From Gemmatimonadaceae bacterium (GTDB lineage Bacteria; Gemmatimonadota; Gemmatimonadetes; Gemmatimonadales; Gemmatimonadaceae), in the NCBI GenBank assembly GCA_033763905.1, contig JANRJP010000096.1:1-64000 (forward strand): a stretch of DNA of 64,000 bases, read 5' to 3'. Made by a program: the position numbers and the translations under genes. Below are positions 38,742 to 48,725 of the stretch, one piece after another (position 1 is the first letter of the stretch; each line of letters opens with the position of its first letter). The notes beneath the pieces are model-generated. The model was not told the origin of the DNA and did not search any database. It saw only the letters and a list, made by a program, of their open reading frames with translations.

Positions 38742-40257
38742 GGCCCTGCCCGCCGGGCCACCCCCGCGACGGCACGTGATCGCGCGCTTGGCGCGCTTCG
38801 AACTGCAGTTCCAGCGACGGGACTTTCTGGCGTGGCTCTCCGCGCTGGTCTTTCTGCTGCTGACGCTCGGGTACTCCTCGAACGGCGTCATTGCCCTGGT
38901 CAGCGACCGCGGCGATATCCCGCGCCACGCCCCCTGGGCGCTGGCACAGGCGATGGCCGGCGTGACCGCCTTCGGACAGGTGATCACCGCCATCATCGCG
39001 GCGACGACGGTGCTGCGCGATGTCAGTCTGCGAACGCAGCCGTTGCTGTTGACGACTGGCATTTCGTGGCGCGACTACCTGACCGGACGCTTCGTCGGCA
39101 CACTCACCGTGCTCGCCGTGGTGTACGCGATGATTCCGGCAGGACTGATCGCGGGCCATCTCGTGGCACTGGCCTCCGGCGCGACCGACATCGCGCCGCT
39201 GCGCTGGGCCGCCTACGGATGGCCCATCACTGTGCTGGTGATCCCGAACGTGTGGCTCGTCACGTCGGCGTTCTTTTGCGTGGGCGCTCTGGCCGGTGGC
39301 TTTGGGCCGATCCTGTTGCTCGGTATTGGCCTGATCGGCCTTTGGCAGACCGGCCTCGCGCTGGTCCAGCGCGGCATCGCGTGGGGAACGTTGGTCGACC
39401 CCTTCGGCAATGCGGCGCTCACGCTGGCCACCGCCGAGTGGAGCGCCGCGGACCGCGCGCTGCGGATGCTCACGGCGGACCCGTGGCTCATTGGCAACCG
39501 TCTGCTCTGGATCGCACTCGCCGGCCTCGCGCTCGGGTGGACGCTCGCGCGCTGGCGCCCCGTCCTCGCCGACGGGGCGGCACGCGTCACGCGTCGAACG
39601 CACCGCCCCTCGGGCCACACCGCGGCGTCGACGATCACGTGGCGATCCCTCGCACCGCTTCGTGGAGCCCCGGTGGCGCAACAGTTCGCCGCCGAGTGGC
39701 GCTTCGGCGTGCGCTGGGCGCTGCGAGAGCGTGGCATCGTGGCGCTCGTCCTGCTGGCGACGCTCAACGCCATTGCCAACGCGTGGCCGATCGCCGGTCT
39801 CGACAACGCCGCCGTGCTGCGTGCGACCGAGTTTCACGCACGACTGTTCGGCATCTTGATCGCCACCATCTACGCGGGCGAACTCGTGTGGCGCGACCGC
39901 GAGACCCGCGCCGATGCCCTGTTGGGGGCGTTGCCGACCGCGGCGCGTGTACGGCTGCTCGGTCGCGCCGTTGGAGTGGGCGTGTCGCTGGCCGTGCTGC
40001 CCGCGGCGCTGTTCCTCGTGTCGATCGTCCTGCCGCTGCTCAGGGGCGCGATGCCTGATCTGGGCTGTGCCGCACGATGGATGCTGGGCACGTCGCTGCC
40101 AGAGTTCTGGGGACTGCTCGCGGTGTCGGTCGTCGTGCACGCCATCGTCCAGCACAAGACGGTCGCCCACCTGCTGCTCATCGCCGCGTGGATTGGCGCG
40201 ATCACGCTGGGCCTGCGCGCGCTGGCGGTCCCGTGGAGCGGCTACGGCGTCTGCTGA
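38731..40257 (+). CDS. ABC-2-type exporter permease (two permease repeats)
   Basis: IARFEL, RD...PLLLTT, YLTGRF, DPFG, NRLLW, YAGELVWRDRE; multiple TMs; overlaps the ATPase stop. Confidence 0.8.
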   Translation: MHAEALPAGPPPRRHVIARLARFELQFQRRDFLAWLSALVFLLLTLGYSSNGVIALVSDRGDIPRHAPWALAQAMAGVTAFGQVITAIIAATTVLRDVSLRTQPLLLTTGISWRDYLTGRFVGTLTVLAVVYAMIPAGLIAGHLVALASGATDIAPLRWAAYGWPITVLVIPNVWLVTSAFFCVGALAGGFGPILLLGIGLIGLWQTGLALVQRGIAWGTLVDPFGNAALTLATAEWSAADRALRMLTADPWLIGNRLLWIALAGLALGWTLARWRPVLADGAARVTRRTHRPSGHTAASTITWRSLAPLRGAPVAQQFAAEWRFGVRWALRERGIVALVLLATLNAIANAWPIAGLDNAAVLRATEFHARLFGILIATIYAGELVWRDRETRADALLGALPTAARVRLLGRAVGVGVSLAVLPAALFLVSIVLPLLRGAMPDLGCAARWMLGTSLPEFWGLLAVSVVVHAIVQHKTVAHLLLIAAWIGAITLGLRALAVPWSGYGVC

Positions 40258-40949
40258 TCGGTCTCCGCCGAGAGCTCGTCGAGCTCGCGGCCCAGCGATT
40301 CGATCTGCTCCTGTCGCCGTCGCGCCCATCGTGGCAGCACGACCAGATTGCGCAGAAGCGCCACGCTCCCCATCACGCCAAGGAGTGCCGGCGACCACCA
40401 CGGGGCTCCCTCGCCGCCAGCCGCCACGAACGCCGACGACAAGAGGATGGCGACAAGCAACAACAACGCGCCGAGCGCCGGGATCACCGACGAGTCGCCG
40501 CGTCGCGTCGAGAAGCGCAGGCGATGCCCCTGCGGCGTCGGTTCGAGCACCACGCGGAGGTTGCCGTTGCGCCACTCGCGCAGCGTGCCTTCGCGAATCA
40601 GACGACCTGGCGCGTCAAAGACCTCCCGCAGTCTGACGACCATCCGGTCCCACGCCGCATCCGACACCTGCCGACCCAGCGGCACCGTCCGCGCGACGGC
40701 CACCGGCAGCCCAAAGCTTCGGCGGATCATCGTCCCCCGGTGATCACCACGCGCCACGGCGGCGGCGGCACGCTCGAGCGCGGCCGGATCGAGGCCCGCC
40801 TCCGAGGCAACCGCCTTCAACTGCGACAGCGTCAGCCCGCGCGCCTCGACGTCAGCACCGGCGTCCACCGCGCGCTCGGCTGATTCCTGTGCCGCCGCCT
40901 CGAGGATGCGGGCAATCTCGTCGTCGGAGAATCGGCGTTCGTGACTCAT
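40242..40949 (-). CDS. Hypothetical protein with two C-terminal TM helices
   Basis: RRFSDDEIARILEAAA...LTLSQLKAVASEAGLDP N-terminus, then two hydrophobic segments; co-oriented 10 bp behind the upstream gene. Confidence 0.7.
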   Translation of the reverse strand: MSHERRFSDDEIARILEAAAQESAERAVDAGADVEARGLTLSQLKAVASEAGLDPAALERAAAAVARGDHRGTMIRRSFGLPVAVARTVPLGRQVSDAAWDRMVVRLREVFDAPGRLIREGTLREWRNGNLRVVLEPTPQGHRLRFSTRRGDSSVIPALGALLLLVAILLSSAFVAAGGEGAPWWSPALLGVMGSVALLRNLVVLPRWARRRQEQIESLGRELDELSAETDQQTP

Positions 40950-40959
40950 CGAGTGCGCC

Positions 40960-41916
40960 TCAGGGGCACTGCGCCGTGTGCACGGGCGCGCGACTCCCTT
41001 CGCTCAACAGGAGCAGTCGTTGTGGAGACAACCACGTGAGACTTTCGCCTTGTTCCTCGTACAGCGGCAGCAGCGAACAGCGCGCAATCAACGCGCCGGT
41101 GCCGTACGTCGGCGTTGCCTCGAAGACCATCACCTCCGCATAGGTGCGGATTGCCACGCGACGGCGGCCCGAGGCATCGGCGGGAGACAACGCTGCATCG
41201 GTAACCCAGGAGTCCGAAAACCCCTTGATCGGAGTATGCGGAATCGAATCCGTCTCGACGACCGGCACGCTACGCGCTGTCCCCCAGCTCTCGGGCGGCA
41301 CGCGGTACAGCAGCGACGGCCGAGCGCTGCCATCCAAACGTCGCATCGGGCGCTTGGTCACGAGCCAGACCGCGGTATCGGGTGCCACCCACATCGCTTC
41401 CACATCGCGCGGCCCGTCAGCAAACGTCACACGGACGGAGTCCGCGGGGCGCGTCACCGTATCGGTCACGGCCGGCTCGCGTACGCGATAGAGCGTGACG
41501 AACACGCGCTTCGCGCCGTTGTCGCCGACGTCACCGACATAGACGCAAGCGCCCTGCGGACAGGGGCCGGCGCCGACCGCTTCCCAATCGGCATTCCTGG
41601 CGCCGACCACGCGCACGCGCCCCAGCGCGGCACCCGTCGAATCGAGCGCGAAGAGCTGCGGCTCATTGCCGCTGTCATTGAGCGACCAGATGACCCCACT
41701 GGCGCCAACGGTCGCGCCGGACGCCTCGGTCAACGCATCATCCTGCAGCGCGCCCGAACGGCGAGCCGCCGAGACGGGTGCCGCGTCACCAACAGCCGCC
41801 TGCCGACAGCTGGCCAGCGTCGCGAGGCCAAGCGCTGCGGTCAGCACGCGCCGACGCGCGGCGTGACGACGCGCGCACGAGACGGACGCGATGGAAGCCG
41901 TGGACGGGGAATCCAT
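40960..41916 (-). CDS. Hypothetical lipoprotein with beta-propeller-like motifs
   Basis: Lipobox LASC; EASG, WSLNDSG, DWEAV, YVGDVGDN, DVEAM, QGESL. Confidence 0.7.
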   Translation of the reverse strand: MDSPSTASIASVSCARRHAARRRVLTAALGLATLASCRQAAVGDAAPVSAARRSGALQDDALTEASGATVGASGVIWSLNDSGNEPQLFALDSTGAALGRVRVVGARNADWEAVGAGPCPQGACVYVGDVGDNGAKRVFVTLYRVREPAVTDTVTRPADSVRVTFADGPRDVEAMWVAPDTAVWLVTKRPMRRLDGSARPSLLYRVPPESWGTARSVPVVETDSIPHTPIKGFSDSWVTDAALSPADASGRRRVAIRTYAEVMVFEATPTYGTGALIARCSLLPLYEEQGESLTWLSPQRLLLLSEGSRAPVHTAQCP

Positions 41917-41947
41917 ACGCGGAATCTATCGGTTATCCTTTCCTGTG

Positions 41948-44074
41948 ATGGGGTGCGAGACGCGATTTTCCCACCGACTGGGACTGTCCTTCCGACGGAT
42001 GGCGGGGATGGTCGTCGGCCTGTTCGCTATCAGCGTTGCACCGAGGCGGGCGCAGGCGCAGCCGTGGGATGCGCCAGCCGCGCGGCAGCTCGCCGAACGA
42101 GCCGCGTTGCGGCGCGGCGATCCCGAGGGCGCCTTCGGCCTCGTGGCGTGGAGCGCCAAAGCCAGAGGCACGCTGGCATTTCTGGGACAGTTCGGCGACA
42201 CCGCCCTGATGCGCCCACTGCTGGTGAAGGCTTCGCAGATCGCGGTCGAGGTGTCGTGGCGTTCCCCCGGCATTGCACAGCAACGGGTGGTCGGCTTGCG
42301 GGACACGGCGCTCGCCCCCGGGGACATCGGCTACTACCGCGATCGCTACGGCATCGTGCAAGGGAACTTTCCCGACCAAATCCGGCTCGGCGAAGGGCGG
42401 GACGTCCGCGACATCACGCATCCGTTCTCCTCGGCTGGGCTCTCGCGCTACCGATTTGCGATCGCCGATTCACTCCGACTCGATACCGGACGCGAGCAGA
42501 TCGAGGTGGTGCGGGTCGCGTTCCGCCCACTGCTCGACGACGATGCGTTGGCGGTCGGCGCCGCGTATCTGGATCGTGGCAGCGCCGAGATCGTGCGGCT
42601 TGAACTCACCTTCACGCCGCCGGCCATTCTGGACAAGCGCATCGAGAAGTTGTCCGTCGTCCTCGAGAACGGGCTCGTGGAAGGGCGGTACTGGCTGCCT
42701 CGTCGCCAAGAGGTCGAAGTCCAGCGCGTTGCCACGTGGATCGACGTCCCCGCGCGCGGCATCATTCGCGGGCGTTGGTCGGTCAGCGACTACCACGTCG
42801 TGGCGCGCCAAGACTCGGCTGCGGTGGCGGCGCTTCCTCTGGTCCGGCGAGGCCCGGAACTGACCTTTGCGCCGGCGGACTCGCTCGCGCGCTTTCCGTT
42901 CGACGGTCCGGTACTGGATCCGGTGCAGACGGATGTGCTCGTTGCCGGCGCCGATGCCGTGCGCGACGTGCGGCGGATCGCTGAGGCCGCGCTGCTCAAG
43001 AAACTCGTGCCACCGCAGCCGCGGGCGCGGGCATCGGCGCTGCGCCTCTCGGACCTCGCCAGAGTCACGCGCGTCGAAGGCCTTGCCCTTGGTGGGGGCG
43101 GTGTGGTGCGGATGGTCGGCACATCCACGGTACGTGCGTGGGGACGCTACGGTGTGGCCGACGCGCGGTGGAAGGGCGGCGCCGAACTCACGTTGCCGCT
43201 GCCGCTCGCCGGTCCCCTTGCCTTGCGCGCAAGCCGAGACTTCCGCGACGCGGGGGACCTCGCAGAGCGATCGTCGATCGTGAATTCGTTCGTCGCGCAG
43301 GAGTTCGGCGAGGATCTCACCCAACCGGTGGAGAGTCGCGTGGTTGGCGCGCGGCTCACGCTGGGCCGCTTCGCCGAGACCCGCTGGTCACTCGATGCCA
43401 CGTGGGGACGCGAACTGCCACTTGCCGTCACCGCGCGACCGGTCACCGGCCAGTTCAACCCGACGCTGGCGGCGCTCGATGCGCGAGGCTCGAGCGTGTC
43501 GCTCATCGCCGAGAGCGCGCCGTGGCGCGTGACCGAGACGCACACGGCCACCGTGCGCGGCGAGCTACGGCATCTGCGTCAGGACGCCGCGTTGGGACGG
43601 TACAGCGGTTGGCGTGCCACGGCGCAGGCAGAATACCAGGCGCCGCTCGGGGGCGGTACGTTGGTCTCGCATTCTTTCGTGGGCGTAGTCAGCGGCAGCG
43701 CGCGTTCGTTGCCACAGCAGCGCATCCTGTTGGGTGGCCCGGTGAGCGGCCCGGGCTACGGCTTCCACACGTTGGTGGGTGAGGCGGCGGGTTTCCAGCG
43801 CCTTGAATGGCGCCGCGAGGTGCCGTTCGTATCGATCCCGCTCGCGACGTATGGCCGCGTACCGGGCCGTGCCACGGTAGCGCCGTTCATCCACGCGGTC
43901 TGGGTGGATCGCCGCACGGCGTCCGCACTGCCGAGCGGTGGGTGGTACCCATCGCTGGGCCTTGGCTGGGAATTGGCGGGCGGGCTTCTGCGTGCCGACA
44001 TCGCGCGCGCGCTGCGCGGCGGCGGTTGGTACCTCGGCCTGGATGTGGGTCGGATGTTCTGGGGGCTGCTCTGA
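41948..44074 (+). CDS. Probable outer-membrane protein (DUF5686-like N-terminal region plus beta-barrel)
   Basis: Signal peptide ending AQA-Q, HPFS..GL..YRF, amphipathic strands, C-terminal SLGLGWELAGGLLRADIAR. Start uncertain (41945/41948/41999). Confidence 0.65.
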   Translation: MGCETRFSHRLGLSFRRMAGMVVGLFAISVAPRRAQAQPWDAPAARQLAERAALRRGDPEGAFGLVAWSAKARGTLAFLGQFGDTALMRPLLVKASQIAVEVSWRSPGIAQQRVVGLRDTALAPGDIGYYRDRYGIVQGNFPDQIRLGEGRDVRDITHPFSSAGLSRYRFAIADSLRLDTGREQIEVVRVAFRPLLDDDALAVGAAYLDRGSAEIVRLELTFTPPAILDKRIEKLSVVLENGLVEGRYWLPRRQEVEVQRVATWIDVPARGIIRGRWSVSDYHVVARQDSAAVAALPLVRRGPELTFAPADSLARFPFDGPVLDPVQTDVLVAGADAVRDVRRIAEAALLKKLVPPQPRARASALRLSDLARVTRVEGLALGGGGVVRMVGTSTVRAWGRYGVADARWKGGAELTLPLPLAGPLALRASRDFRDAGDLAERSSIVNSFVAQEFGEDLTQPVESRVVGARLTLGRFAETRWSLDATWGRELPLAVTARPVTGQFNPTLAALDARGSSVSLIAESAPWRVTETHTATVRGELRHLRQDAALGRYSGWRATAQAEYQAPLGGGTLVSHSFVGVVSGSARSLPQQRILLGGPVSGPGYGFHTLVGEAAGFQRLEWRREVPFVSIPLATYGRVPGRATVAPFIHAVWVDRRTASALPSGGWYPSLGLGWELAGGLLRADIARALRGGGWYLGLDVGRMFWGLL

Positions 44075-44136
44075 CCGCTCGAGACGGGCGAGACGTTCGG
44101 ACCTGCGTTCCGACGAAACTGAGACGTTTCGTGACT

Positions 44137-44163
44137 TAAGCGAACGCAGCATAAAGCCGAATA
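44137..44163 (+). promoter_or_regulatory. Sigma-28 (FliA)-like promoter of the chemoreceptor gene
   Basis: TAAG-N15-GCCGAATA, compared with the consensus TAAA-N15-GCCGATAA; 80 nt upstream of an MCP. Confidence 0.65.
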
Positions 44164-44242
44164 ACTCAGTCGTATCCCACAACTGACGCTGCGGTTCGGC
44201 CGACGCTGGCTACCGGGTCCAACACTCAACACCCTCCCAGCT

Positions 44243-46222
44243 ATGCGTGCCCTGCTTCATGCCCCCGTCCGTCGCAAGCTTCAATTCGCGCTCATCGTCT
44301 CGGCGATCGGCGCCCTCTGCTCACTCGCGCTGGTCTCCGTCCAGGCGTTGCGCAGCGACAGCCACGCCAGCGCCCTCACCGACCGTCTCCTTCGTGCGGT
44401 GGCTCGCAACGGCCGAATGGCTCGAGACTTCGAACGCCAGCGCGTCATCGTGCGCGAGATGCTGATCGCCGACAACGCGTCCGCGCGTGAATCCGCGCAC
44501 CGCGAGCTCCTCGCGATTGATGCGCGCCTCGACTCCACCGTCGCGAGCGCACGCGCCCAGAATGCCTCGGACCCACGCGTCGCGGGCTTGCTCGATCGCC
44601 TCGCCGTGCGCCGTGAGTCGGCGCAACGCGTGTGGGACGACCTCGCGCGCGACCTGAGCGACTCATCGGGCGACGAGGTCCTTGCGTCCTATCGCGATCG
44701 ACTCGCGGCGTCATCCCTCGCGGTCACCAGCACCGTCGATTCGCTCCAGGACGCGCGACTCGCCGGGGCGCTGGCCGCGTCGGACGCACGGACGCGCGCG
44801 ACGGTGACGTCGCTGATCCTGAGCGCCCTGCTGGCCAGCGTACTGATTGGTCTCGCGCTGTGGATCGGTCGTCGCATCGCACGGATGATCACGACGCCGG
44901 TGGAGGCCGCCGCCGGTGCGCTCGAACGGCTCGCCGTGGGCGACCTGCGCGCGAGTATCGAGGTTGCAAGCCGCGACGAACTGGGCCAGATGGGCGACGC
45001 GCTCAACAAGGTGATCGCCGCCAGCCGTGAGATGTCGGACGGGATGCGGCGCATTGCAGCGGGCGAACCGGGGGTCCGGTACACCCCGCGCGACGCCGTC
45101 GACGAGGCGGGCCACGCCATCCGTGCGCTCGCCACGACCATCGACACGCTCGTCGCAGAAGTCCAGGAGCGCTGCGACGCGTTCCGCGAACGACGGACGG
45201 CCAATGTCGCACAGACACAGTACGACGGCTCCTTCGCCCAACTGATTGAAGTCACCCAACGCGCCTTCGGCGCTGCGGCGCCCTTGCACGAGGCCAGCGA
45301 CGTGCTCAAGCGGGTGGCGGCCCGTGATCTGACCGCGCGGGTGGAAGGCCACTACCCGGGCGACGACGCCGGCCTTGTCCCCGCGCTCAATGGCGCGCTC
45401 GATCAACTCGAAGCGGCCTTGATCGAAGTCGCCGCGTCGGCGGTGCAGGTCGCATCGTCGGCCGAGGAACTCGGGCAGGCCGCCGATGCTGTGTCACACG
45501 GTGCGCAAGCCCAGGCCGCGTCGGTCGAGGAAATTTCGTCGAGCCTACACGAGCTCACCGCAATGGCCGCCGCGAACGCGAGTGGTGCCGATGAGGCGCT
45601 CCTCGTGGCGACGACCGCCGACAGCGACGCGCAGTCTGGCCTCACGGTGATGCAGAAGGTCGCCGAGGCGATGCAGGTGGTTGAGCAGAGCGCCCTGGCC
45701 AGCCGACGCGTGGCGAAGACGATCGACGAGATCGCGTTCCAGACGAATCTGCTGGCCCTCAATGCGGCGGTTGAAGCCGCACGCGCCGGCGACGCGGGCC
45801 GCGGCTTCGCCGTGGTGGCGGAGGAAGTGCGCGCGCTCGCGACTCGGAGCGCCGAGGCCGCACGAGAGACCACGGCGTTGCTCGACCAGAACGTGGCGTC
45901 AGCGGCGGCTGGCGCGACGGAGGCTCAGGGGCTCGACCGGCAACTCGGCGCGATCCGAGATGGCGTCGCGACGATTCGCACGGCGCTTGACGGCGTGCGC
46001 GAAGCCAGCGTGCAACAACGCGAGGGCGTGTCGCAGATTCAGTTGGCGGTCGAGCAGGTCAACAGCGTCACGCAACGCGCCGCCTCCAGCGCCGAGGAGA
46101 CGGCCGCTACTGGTGCAACACTGGCCCATCAGGCGGAAGAACTCCAGACGCTCGTTGGACGCTTCACCCTGCGGGGCAGCGGAAGACCGCTCCCGCGAGC
46201 CGCATCCGTTCGGGCGGCCTGA
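44243..46222 (+). CDS. Methyl-accepting chemotaxis protein (periplasmic helical sensor, HAMP domains)
   Basis: Two TMs, HAMP (GDL...SRDELGQM), hairpin [34 protein letters not shown]. Confidence 0.96.
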   Translation: MRALLHAPVRRKLQFALIVSAIGALCSLALVSVQALRSDSHASALTDRLLRAVARNGRMARDFERQRVIVREMLIADNASARESAHRELLAIDARLDSTVASARAQNASDPRVAGLLDRLAVRRESAQRVWDDLARDLSDSSGDEVLASYRDRLAASSLAVTSTVDSLQDARLAGALAASDARTRATVTSLILSALLASVLIGLALWIGRRIARMITTPVEAAAGALERLAVGDLRASIEVASRDELGQMGDALNKVIAASREMSDGMRRIAAGEPGVRYTPRDAVDEAGHAIRALATTIDTLVAEVQERCDAFRERRTANVAQTQYDGSFAQLIEVTQRAFGAAAPLHEASDVLKRVAARDLTARVEGHYPGDDAGLVPALNGALDQLEAALIEVAASAVQVASSAEELGQAADAVSHGAQAQAASVEEISSSLHELTAMAAANASGADEALLVATTADSDAQSGLTVMQKVAEAMQVVEQSALASRRVAKTIDEIAFQTNLLALNAAVEAARAGDAGRGFAVVAEEVRALATRSAEAARETTALLDQNVASAAAGATEAQGLDRQLGAIRDGVATIRTALDGVREASVQQREGVSQIQLAVEQVNSVTQRAASSAEETAATGATLAHQAEELQTLVGRFTLRGSGRPLPRAASVRAA

Positions 46223-46242
46223 CCCGTGGCGTCGTGGGGGCG

Positions 46243-48657
46243 TCAGTGGGTGTGCGCCGCGCCGAGCACTCGGCCCGCGAGCGCCATACCGCTGAGCAAC
46301 GCCCCCTCGACGCGCGGACCGCCGCACCAGTCGCCGGCCACACCGGCTTGCGCGGCGGTATCCCACACCGCGTCCGTCGGGAGGACCGGATCGGGAATGG
46401 CGTAGCGCCACCGATGGCCCAGCGAATACGCAACCGCTGGCGCGTCGTCTCCCAGCAGTGTCCGGAAGGCCCGCAGCATCGGTGCAATCGCCTCGTCGCT
46501 GTCGGCCTCCAGCGTCTCCAAGCTGTACGCGCGTGGGGCGTGCAGCACCCACGTCTCATCCGCCGCGTCGCGGCCCGGCTTCGTCGCGTTCCGCGCCACC
46601 CACGCGAGATGCGGATCGTCATTCACAAACGCGGCGTCCCACGACACGCGCGCGGCGCGCTCCAGCACGCACATCACGGCACGACACGGATGAAAGCGCA
46701 CCTCCGCGCATTGGGCCGCCAGCGCGGGCGCGCCCCCGCGCAGCAGCGCGGCGGCCTGTGGGGCGGGCGCCGTCACGAGCAGCCGATCGAACGCGCCGAG
46801 CGCGCTCCCCTCGGCGTCGAACAGCGTCCAGCCGGTAGAACTGCGATCCGCGCGCGCGACCGCGGTACCGAGTCGCACCGCGAGGCCCGCACCAAGGTGA
46901 CGCCCGAGCGCCGACATCCCCGGCGTGGCCACCCAGCGCGTCACCCCGTCAGACGTGGCGCGCCATCCGGCGGCGTCTCGAACGGCAATGCGCCCCTGCC
47001 ACGGCGACAGGAGCCCGGCGTCCACCCAACTCGTCACCCACGCGGTGAGTCGCGGATCACGAAACGTCGCGTACTGCGCGCCGTGATCGAACGACCACAC
47101 GCCCTCTCGGCGAGTCGCGGCGCGTCCGCCGAGTCCGCGCGACTTCTCGAAGACGGTGACCTCCGCGCCGTGATCGTGCAGCGTGCGCGCGGCGGCGAGT
47201 CCGGCGAGCCCCGCACCAATCACGGCGACGCGGCCAACCGTCGGCTGTGTGGGTCGCGACACGTGGTTGGCATAGCGCCCGAGATCCAGCCGCGCCCCGT
47301 GCTCGCGTGTATCGCGCGGGCGCACCGTCCCGATGACCGGCGCCTCAGGCGCGAACGGGCGATCGAACTGGCCGAGGCACCAGAGCAATCCGCCGTAGCT
47401 TGCGGGATCGCGACCGTCCAAGGCGTAGCGGTGATTGAGATCGATAAGTCGCGCGAGGGTGTCGTCCGCGTCAGCCGACCAGCGGATCATTGCCTTGCCC
47501 CACGTCATCCGCACGTTGTTGTGCAGCTCTCCGTGCCGGAGCAGACTCTGCTGCGCCGCATCCCACAGCGCATCGCCCGTCCGCCCCCTCGCGAGTGTCT
47601 CCCACGGCAGCCGCTCACGCCAGTCGTTGGCGTGTGCGGCCAGCGTGTCGCGCGCCCAGGCCGGGATCGCCTGCAACGAATGCAAGTCGCGGGTGTGGTG
47701 GCAGAACGCGTAGGCGAGCTCGCGCCACACGAGCAATTCTTCCAACCACTTCGCCGGGCCCGCCCCCGGACGTTCGCTGGCTTCACGCGCGAGCGCGAAG
47801 GGTGACACCATCCCGTGGTGCAGGTACGGCGACATCCGGCTGACGCCGTCGGCACGTGCCGCATCGTTCCGACGGTCCGCATAGCGCGCGAGCCCCCCGC
47901 CGTCGACGAACGCGCGCCAGCGTGCCGTGCCCGCCACTCGGCCGCCGCGCGTGTCGGAGACCGGCCCCACGGCGTGATCGATGTCGCACGTCGCGATCAA
48001 CGTCGCCAGATCGACGCCGCGGACGTCGACGGGCGCGAACGGGAGCGCAAGATCCGCGGTCGGCACCATGGGCGCGACGTCCACCCAGTGATGGCCGAGC
48101 CGAGCCCGTCGCAGGCGTGCGGTCGCGTCCTTGAAGGCAAACGCGCGGTCGAACGCCTTGGGCACCAGCGGCATCGGGACGATGCAGGCCGTGTCCACGC
48201 TCCACACGGCCACCGAGGTGCGTTGGGCGAGTGCCGCCGTCCATTCCCGCAGCGGCGGCACGGGGAGGTGCTCCGTCACGACGAGCGCCGCATCGTTCGC
48301 GAGGGACTGTAGCCACGGCCCACGATGTCCCGGACGCTCGACGTGCGCGACGTAGCGGATGCCACGCGCCTCGTAGTCCGCCGCGAGGTCCCGCATCGCC
48401 TCGAGAATGAACCAGTGATGCCGATCGCTGGCGTACGGGTAGCGCTCGCTCAGGGCGTGGTAGACCAGTACGGGACGGCCGAGCGCGTTGCCAATCGTCA
48501 GGGCGACGTCGAGCGCGGGGTTCTCGGTGGCGCGGCTCGCGGTGCGGGTCCAGTAGAGCACGTAGCGGCCGTCGGGCCGAATGCCGCGCGCGTTCTGGCG
48601 GACGATCCGTTCGTCGAGGTGGGTCGGCAGTGCGGGCAGGTCGGGTGCGGAAGACAT
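46243..48657 (-). CDS. Class II CPD photolyase fused to a renalase-like FAD-dependent oxidoreductase
   Basis: N-terminal part: YVLYW..R..ENPAL, SRMSPYLHHG, EEL.VWREL, LHNNVRMTWGK, NHRYALDGRDP. C-terminal part: VIGAGLAG, FEKSRGLGGR.ATRR, FDHGAQY, HRWRYA, AGDWCGGPRVEGA. Confidence 0.9.
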   Translation of the reverse strand: MSSAPDLPALPTHLDERIVRQNARGIRPDGRYVLYWTRTASRATENPALDVALTIGNALGRPVLVYHALSERYPYASDRHHWFILEAMRDLAADYEARGIRYVAHVERPGHRGPWLQSLANDAALVVTEHLPVPPLREWTAALAQRTSVAVWSVDTACIVPMPLVPKAFDRAFAFKDATARLRRARLGHHWVDVAPMVPTADLALPFAPVDVRGVDLATLIATCDIDHAVGPVSDTRGGRVAGTARWRAFVDGGGLARYADRRNDAARADGVSRMSPYLHHGMVSPFALAREASERPGAGPAKWLEELLVWRELAYAFCHHTRDLHSLQAIPAWARDTLAAHANDWRERLPWETLARGRTGDALWDAAQQSLLRHGELHNNVRMTWGKAMIRWSADADDTLARLIDLNHRYALDGRDPASYGGLLWCLGQFDRPFAPEAPVIGTVRPRDTREHGARLDLGRYANHVSRPTQPTVGRVAVIGAGLAGLAAARTLHDHGAEVTVFEKSRGLGGRAATRREGVWSFDHGAQYATFRDPRLTAWVTSWVDAGLLSPWQGRIAVRDAAGWRATSDGVTRWVATPGMSALGRHLGAGLAVRLGTAVARADRSSTGWTLFDAEGSALGAFDRLLVTAPAPQAAALLRGGAPALAAQCAEVRFHPCRAVMCVLERAARVSWDAAFVNDDPHLAWVARNATKPGRDAADETWVLHAPRAYSLETLEADSDEAIAPMLRAFRTLLGDDAPAVAYSLGHRWRYAIPDPVLPTDAVWDTAAQAGVAGDWCGGPRVEGALLSGMALAGRVLGAAHTH

Positions 48658-48725
48658 TCCGGGCGTGAACGATCACGGCCGGTCGGGAGTGCCCAACGCG
48701 CAGCCCCCCGAGCGCGAGCGATCGC

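Noticed and set aside
46234..47805. 523-aa plus-strand ORF
   Set aside because: It is a shadow of the photolyase-renalase gene.
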